The notes under the pieces: model-generated
Databases searched by the model: none
What the model was told of the DNA's origin: nothing
The model's input: only the letters and a program-made list of their open reading frames with translations
Position numbers and translations under genes: made by a program
Source: the human T2T-CHM13v2.0 reference genome, Homo sapiens
DNA length: 64,000 nucleotides
NCBI RefSeq assembly: GCF_009914755.1
Contig: NC_060936.1
Reading direction: 5' to 3' (one strand)
In this document: positions 58,438-64,000 of the stretch, piece after piece
Layout: the number at the start of each line of letters is the position of its first letter
How positions within the stretch are numbered: position 1 is the first letter of the stretch

Positions 58438-59875
58438 TAGAAATTTCTTTAACTAGAGGGGTCTTCCTGCTTACAGATCAAGTATCCCTACAGAGATTAT
58501 TAAGCCATTCATTCATTCATTCACTCAACCAACACTTATGGAGCATCTCCTATGGGGCTGGCACTTTTGCAAGCACCGGGGATATCGCTATGGAAAGACA
58601 AAGTTCCTGCTCTGTGGTACCTCTATTTGATAAGGCAGACACTTCATGCCAGAATGGTGTGACAAGCATAGATCTGAGTCACACACTCTGGCTCAAGTCA
58701 CAGTTCTGCTTCTCTTAGAAGGAGGCACCTTGGGCAGTCACTTTGCCTGTCTCAGCCTGTTTCCTCGTTGACAGAAGGCAATGCCGAGACCACCACAGCT
58801 TTACAAATGTTGGGAGAATCTCCTCAAGGTAGTGAACAAGGAGTGCTCCACAAATCGTTTTCCACGTTCTCATTCATGTGTTGGTGCGTCTGACGGATCC
58901 TCAGCTGTAAAATGGAGATCCTAATAATCTCCGTTATTACTGATTGCATTAAAGAAGTTAGTCAGTGTGAAGCATGAAGAGCATTACCTGGCTCACAACG
59001 AGCACTCACCCAGTCAGTGTTAGGTGTCATCATCATCCTGATATATACTGTGCAGGAGGGAAAATTAGAAAATTCTGCAGCTTGCTTTTGATATTTCTTG
59101 GCATATGCCTAGTGTCACTTATACTTGGAGAACTAAAAAATAGCATCACTGGAGATTTGGATTGATGGGGACCCATGACCACTGGGCATTGAGCCTTTGT
59201 GGCAAAATCTCAGCAAGACAAAACAATACCCAGGCACTAAGGAAGAATATTCTGGAAGATTCTCTGTGGGACCCAGAAAAGAATACATGGCCACCAGTTG
59301 GCTACCCTGGAAGAAACTGGGCTCTACCCAACATTAAAGGTGGCCAAGACCCCGGCAGTCAGCTAATCTAACTGCCTCTTTCTACAGGCAAGGCAGGGGC
59401 AGCCTAGAGAGGGAGGAAAGGAAGAAATAATACTGATTGCGTATCTACTGTGTTCAGGCCACGGAGTACACACCTTATAGTCCTCACACCAGCCTAACAA
59501 GGCATCGGAGTGAGGATCTCCTTTGCATAGGCAAGGAAACAAAGGCCAAGAAAGGCCCAGGCCCCATATTTGGGTCATAATAACATGCAAACTGGATCCG
59601 TGGTTCAGTAGCCCAGGCCTCTTTGCACATATAGATTATTGCTCTGCCCTTTATAGTGGGGATAAATTTGTTGAGTGGTGGCATTTGGTCTGTGAATAAC
59701 CAGAGGTCGGTAATTTGCCAGTTATTTCCAAGCTGGGAAACTCCAGGCCAAGCTGGTTTTACCAAGTGGAACCCGAAAATATATATATGGTGCCCTTGCT
59801 TCTCTGGAATCTGGCTGAGGGTCTCAGCATCGTATCCCGGCTAGGACCCTCAGCTCTCCTGTTTTTCAGCTCTCC

Positions 59876-60350
59876 TGTTGCAGTTATTTATTGCTGGGCA
59901 ACAAATCACCCCAAAACTTAGTGGCTTAACACAGCACTGATATGTCACCTGCCACAGCTCTGTGGGTAGGTAATCGGGCAGGTCTGCTGGTCTCACCTGG
60001 GATCATTCACATCACTGTGGTCCGTGGATGGCTGGCAGTTGGTGCTGGTCTGCAGTGCCCCAGTCTTCATCCTCCAGGAGGCTGGACAGGTCTTTCCATA
60101 GCATGACTGTCTCAGGGCAGCGTTCCAACAGCGTGAAGGCTAGGAACTGCAGGGCTTCCTAATAGGCTTCAGAACGTGTTCATCGTTGCTTCTACCTCAT
60201 TCTACTCATCAGAGCAAGTCACAGCCAGCCCCCATTCAAAGAACTGGAGAAATAGAGTCTCTGCTTCTTGATGGGAGGAGTGTCAGTGTCAGACTGCAAA
60301 GGGGAATGCACATCGGGGGATACTAGCAACTCTTTCCAGATTTCCACCAG
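59876..60350 (-). mobile_element. Old MLT1 (H/I-like) solo LTR
   Basis: tattgctgggcaacaaatcaccccaaaacttagtggcttaa...gcaagtcacagccagccc...cttgatgggaggag. Confidence 0.75.
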
Positions 60351-61105
60351 TTATTTGTGAGGCTAAAGCAGTGAGAGAATCACCATACTCTTCACACATA
60401 GACCTTGCAAAGTGTTGGTACTCTGTCTTGGTTTGCTTCCTCCCTTGGGTATAAAAATTTTTAGTGGCGATGGCATGTTATAGTTCAGCGTGTTGCTGGG
60501 AAGATTAAACATAATGTATTTAAATCACCTGTGAAGGTGCCTCCTACAGAGTAGCTCCTTAGTCATACTGTCTGCTGTTGTCATGGTGACCATCACCATC
60601 CTTTGTCCTGGGGACCATGAGAGGAGATGGACATGGAGCTTAATGCAGGGTGCAATGGCTTCTCCCTGGTGGCTACCATGATGCCCCTCAGTTCCCCAGC
60701 AAACTCATCAGTGGCCCTACTTTAGGCCCATCCCAATGGCCCTGTGCACCTTTTAGTAAAAATTGTGCAGATTGAGGTTCAAAGTTGGAGGAGCAGGGGC
60801 AGATACTTGGGTTGCACTCAAGTCCTAGGCTCTACTGACTTGGCTGTCCAGGTGACTGGAGGATTTCACGGATACAGCTGCATTCTCAGGACTCAAAGCC
60901 ACCCACAGTCTGGCCTGGAGGAGGCGGTGACTCTGGGGCTCCGAGTCCCTGTGAAGTGAGTGGCCACAGGAGTTGAGAAAACCAAGAATGAACTAGACAG
61001 GAGGGTTGTGCTATGAAGCACACTCAGTGTTGTGGGTGTTCAGTGGAGGGAATGGTTATTCCACTTGTGTGGCAGGGGAGTGTGTGGGGCCATGAAGAAT
61101 TGTCA

Positions 61106-61586
<481 letters not shown>

Positions 61587-62139
61587 CTATGGAGAACCCC
61601 AAAAGGCCAGTGTATGAATGGGGGCTTGGTTCCTGGGGCAAGGAGGCAACCAAGACACCACCTCATCTGTAGCTCCAGAGCAACTATTCCATAGCCCTGT
61701 GCCCCCAGTTTCTCTGTAACTTTAATCACAATTAATATTATTCCATTTATATAAAAGAAGGACCATACTGAACTTTCATGAGTGGTGGTGGAGGTAAGGC
61801 AGGAATCCGACAGTAGGGTGCCACCACTCCGTGAAGGTCTCTGAGCCTCTGGGTGCTGGAGACGCAGGTGGTGGCAGAGCAGGCAGAGTGCCCTCCTGTT
61901 TCCTGTTCTGGGTAGACTGTGAGTACTGGTTTGGACTGGGAGTGAATGGCCTTTGGGGAGAAACTTTTGCTCTTAGAATTCAGAGGAACACACACATCTT
62001 CCCAAGCATTTCCCTTTGCCCTCTACTGAGGCTGACAGCTCTCTGCCCTGGCACCTCCTAGACTATGAGTGATTTAGGTTATGTCTCTTTGCAGTGCTGA
62101 GCAGAGCACTTTATACATCATGAGGTCTGGATCCATGTG

Positions 62140-62483
<344 letters not shown>

Positions 62484-62524
62484 TGATCTACTTGTAGCCA
62501 AGTGGAAATGTTTCAGGCAAGTAC

Positions 62525-62557
62525 TGAGTTCTTATTCGTCTTGTGTCTCCTCTGCAG
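62525..62557 (+). promoter_or_regulatory. CHST11: 3' splice acceptor and polypyrimidine tract of the last CHST11 intron
   Basis: ttcttattcgtcttgtgtctcctctgcAG lies directly before the in-frame LELSN; possible branch point in tactgag at ~62522-62528. Confidence 0.93.
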
Positions 62558-63412
62558 CTGGAGCTCTCAAACACTGCTGTCCTGCACCAGATGCGGCGGG
62601 ACCAGGTGACAGACACGTGCCGAGCCAACAGCGCCACAAGCCGTAAGCGGAGGGTGCTGACCCCCAACGACCTGAAGCACTTGGTGGTGGATGAGGACCA
62701 CGAGCTCATCTACTGCTACGTGCCCAAGGTGGCCTGCACCAACTGGAAGCGGCTCATGATGGTCCTGACCGGGCGGGGGAAGTACAGCGACCCCATGGAG
62801 ATCCCGGCCAACGAGGCACACGTCTCCGCCAACCTGAAGACCCTGAACCAGTACAGCATCCCAGAAATCAACCACCGCTTGAAAAGCTACATGAAGTTCC
62901 TGTTTGTCCGGGAGCCCTTCGAGAGGCTAGTGTCCGCCTACCGCAACAAGTTCACCCAGAAGTACAACATCTCCTTCCACAAGCGGTACGGCACCAAGAT
63001 CATCAAACGCCAGCGGAAGAACGCCACCCAGGAGGCCCTGCGCAAAGGGGACGATGTCAAATTCGAGGAGTTTGTGGCCTATCTCATCGACCCACACACC
63101 CAGCGGGAGGAGCCTTTCAACGAACACTGGCAAACCGTCTACTCACTCTGCCATCCCTGCCACATCCACTATGACCTCGTGGGCAAGTACGAGACACTGG
63201 AAGAGGATTCTAATTACGTCCTGCAGCTGGCAGGAGTGGGCAGCTACCTGAAGTTCCCCACCTATGCAAAGTCTACGAGAACTACTGATGAAATGACCAC
63301 AGAATTCTTCCAGAACATCAGCTCAGAGCACCAAACGCAGCTGTACGAAGTCTACAAACTCGATTTTTTAATGTTCAATTACTCAGTGCCAAGCTACCTG
63401 AAATTGGAATAA
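62558..63412 (+). CDS. CHST11: Terminal coding exon (exon 3) of carbohydrate sulfotransferase 11 (chondroitin 4-O-sulfotransferase 1); 284 codons plus stop, catalytic domain
   Basis: Translation [16 protein letters not shown]...[11 protein letters not shown]...[11 protein letters not shown]...SYLKLE* matches the recognised C4ST-1 C-terminus. It contains the HNK-1ST-family 5'-PSB (PKVACTN) and 3'-PB (REPFERLVS) PAPS-binding motifs and N-glycosylation sequons NIS, NAT, NIS, NYS. The ORF-track start at 62543 is intronic; the exon starts after the acceptor ttgtgtctcctctgcag (AG 62556-62557), phase 0. Confidence 0.98.
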   Translation: MELSNTAVLHQMRRDQVTDTCRANSATSRKRRVLTPNDLKHLVVDEDHELIYCYVPKVACTNWKRLMMVLTGRGKYSDPMEIPANEAHVSANLKTLNQYSIPEINHRLKSYMKFLFVREPFERLVSAYRNKFTQKYNISFHKRYGTKIIKRQRKNATQEALRKGDDVKFEEFVAYLIDPHTQREEPFNEHWQTVYSLCHPCHIHYDLVGKYETLEEDSNYVLQLAGVGSYLKFPTYAKSTRTTDEMTTEFFQNISSEHQTQLYEVYKLDFLMFNYSVPSYLKLE

Positions 63413-64000
63413 AGGGGGTGGGGAGAGGGAGAGAATCATGCTTTTTAATTTAAGATTTTTATTTGTCAAAAGAATTATATGGATATTGGGTTATTTTGTA
63501 AATTAATATTTCTTTGGGGATGATGCTGCGAGCAGCATAGTGAGAATTATTTAAAATCCTTCGTAGGGAAGGACAGCTGTCTTTGCAGGGGAAATAGGAT
63601 GGGTCGTCCTTGTCTGTAGAAGTGAATACTGCAACACTGTCTCAAAGGTTTCTTGTGTTCTGGTGAATTCCATGAATTGTGCATTCCATAAATTCTAATT
63701 AATATTATTTATAGTTATTTAAACATGGTCTCATTATTTCTTTTTGTGGCAGCAAAATTCTAACATCTTTCCAGAAGAAATCTATGATTCCTGCTTTGCT
63801 TGCTACAGCTCATTTGGGGGCATGAATGTTCTCCTTACTAACCTCTCATGGAGTCATGTGATAACAGCCATTGTCATGTGTATGGATGCCACCATTCTTG
63901 AATTTCTGCTAGAAATAAGTAGGTTGCTATTGCACTTAGAGTCATCTTTGCAAGGGACTCATTCCAAACCAATTCCAATCGACCTGAAAGTCCCTTGCAC
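63413..64000 (+). other. CHST11: CHST11 3' UTR (proximal part, probably continues beyond the window)
   Basis: Follows the TAA stop; AU-rich, several ATTTA, no recognisable repeats. Confidence 0.9.

Noticed and set aside
62543-62557. ORF-track N-terminus MSPLQ
   Set aside because: Starts at a GTG in the intronic polypyrimidine tract; not a real start.
62567-63133. Antisense ORFs over the CHST11 exon
   Set aside because: Shadow ORFs caused by GC3-rich codon usage.

Overview
Human-type (primate) genomic DNA. The window holds ~62.5 kb of one very long intron (intron 2 of CHST11, chondroitin 4-O-sulfotransferase 1), followed by the terminal coding exon (62558-63412, + strand, the Golgi-lumenal catalytic domain) and the start of the 3' UTR. 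The intron is dominated by transposable-element fossils: about 15 Alu units, one 5'-truncated L1PA with a perfect 15-bp TSD, old L1M fragments, MLT1/MLT2 solo LTRs, hAT MITEs (MER5, MER33, MER53, MER102), a MADE1 mariner MITE and many MIR/L2 relics (only the clearest are listed). All other ORFs in the track look like noise or TE remnants. I found no convincing new multi-gene system. The best leads are smaller: a 290-bp L2-containing segment spliced cleanly into an L1MB; a cluster of local duplications plus a CpG-dense patch at 7.2-9.7 kb; two probable 3'-UTR-only retrocopies; a (UG)15-fronted cryptic Alu exon and an inverted Alu pair just upstream of the last exon; an AATAAA overlapping the stop codon; and a miR-548-like hairpin. 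Repeat family names come from recalled consensus sequences, not a search, and TE boundaries are approximate unless a TSD is given.
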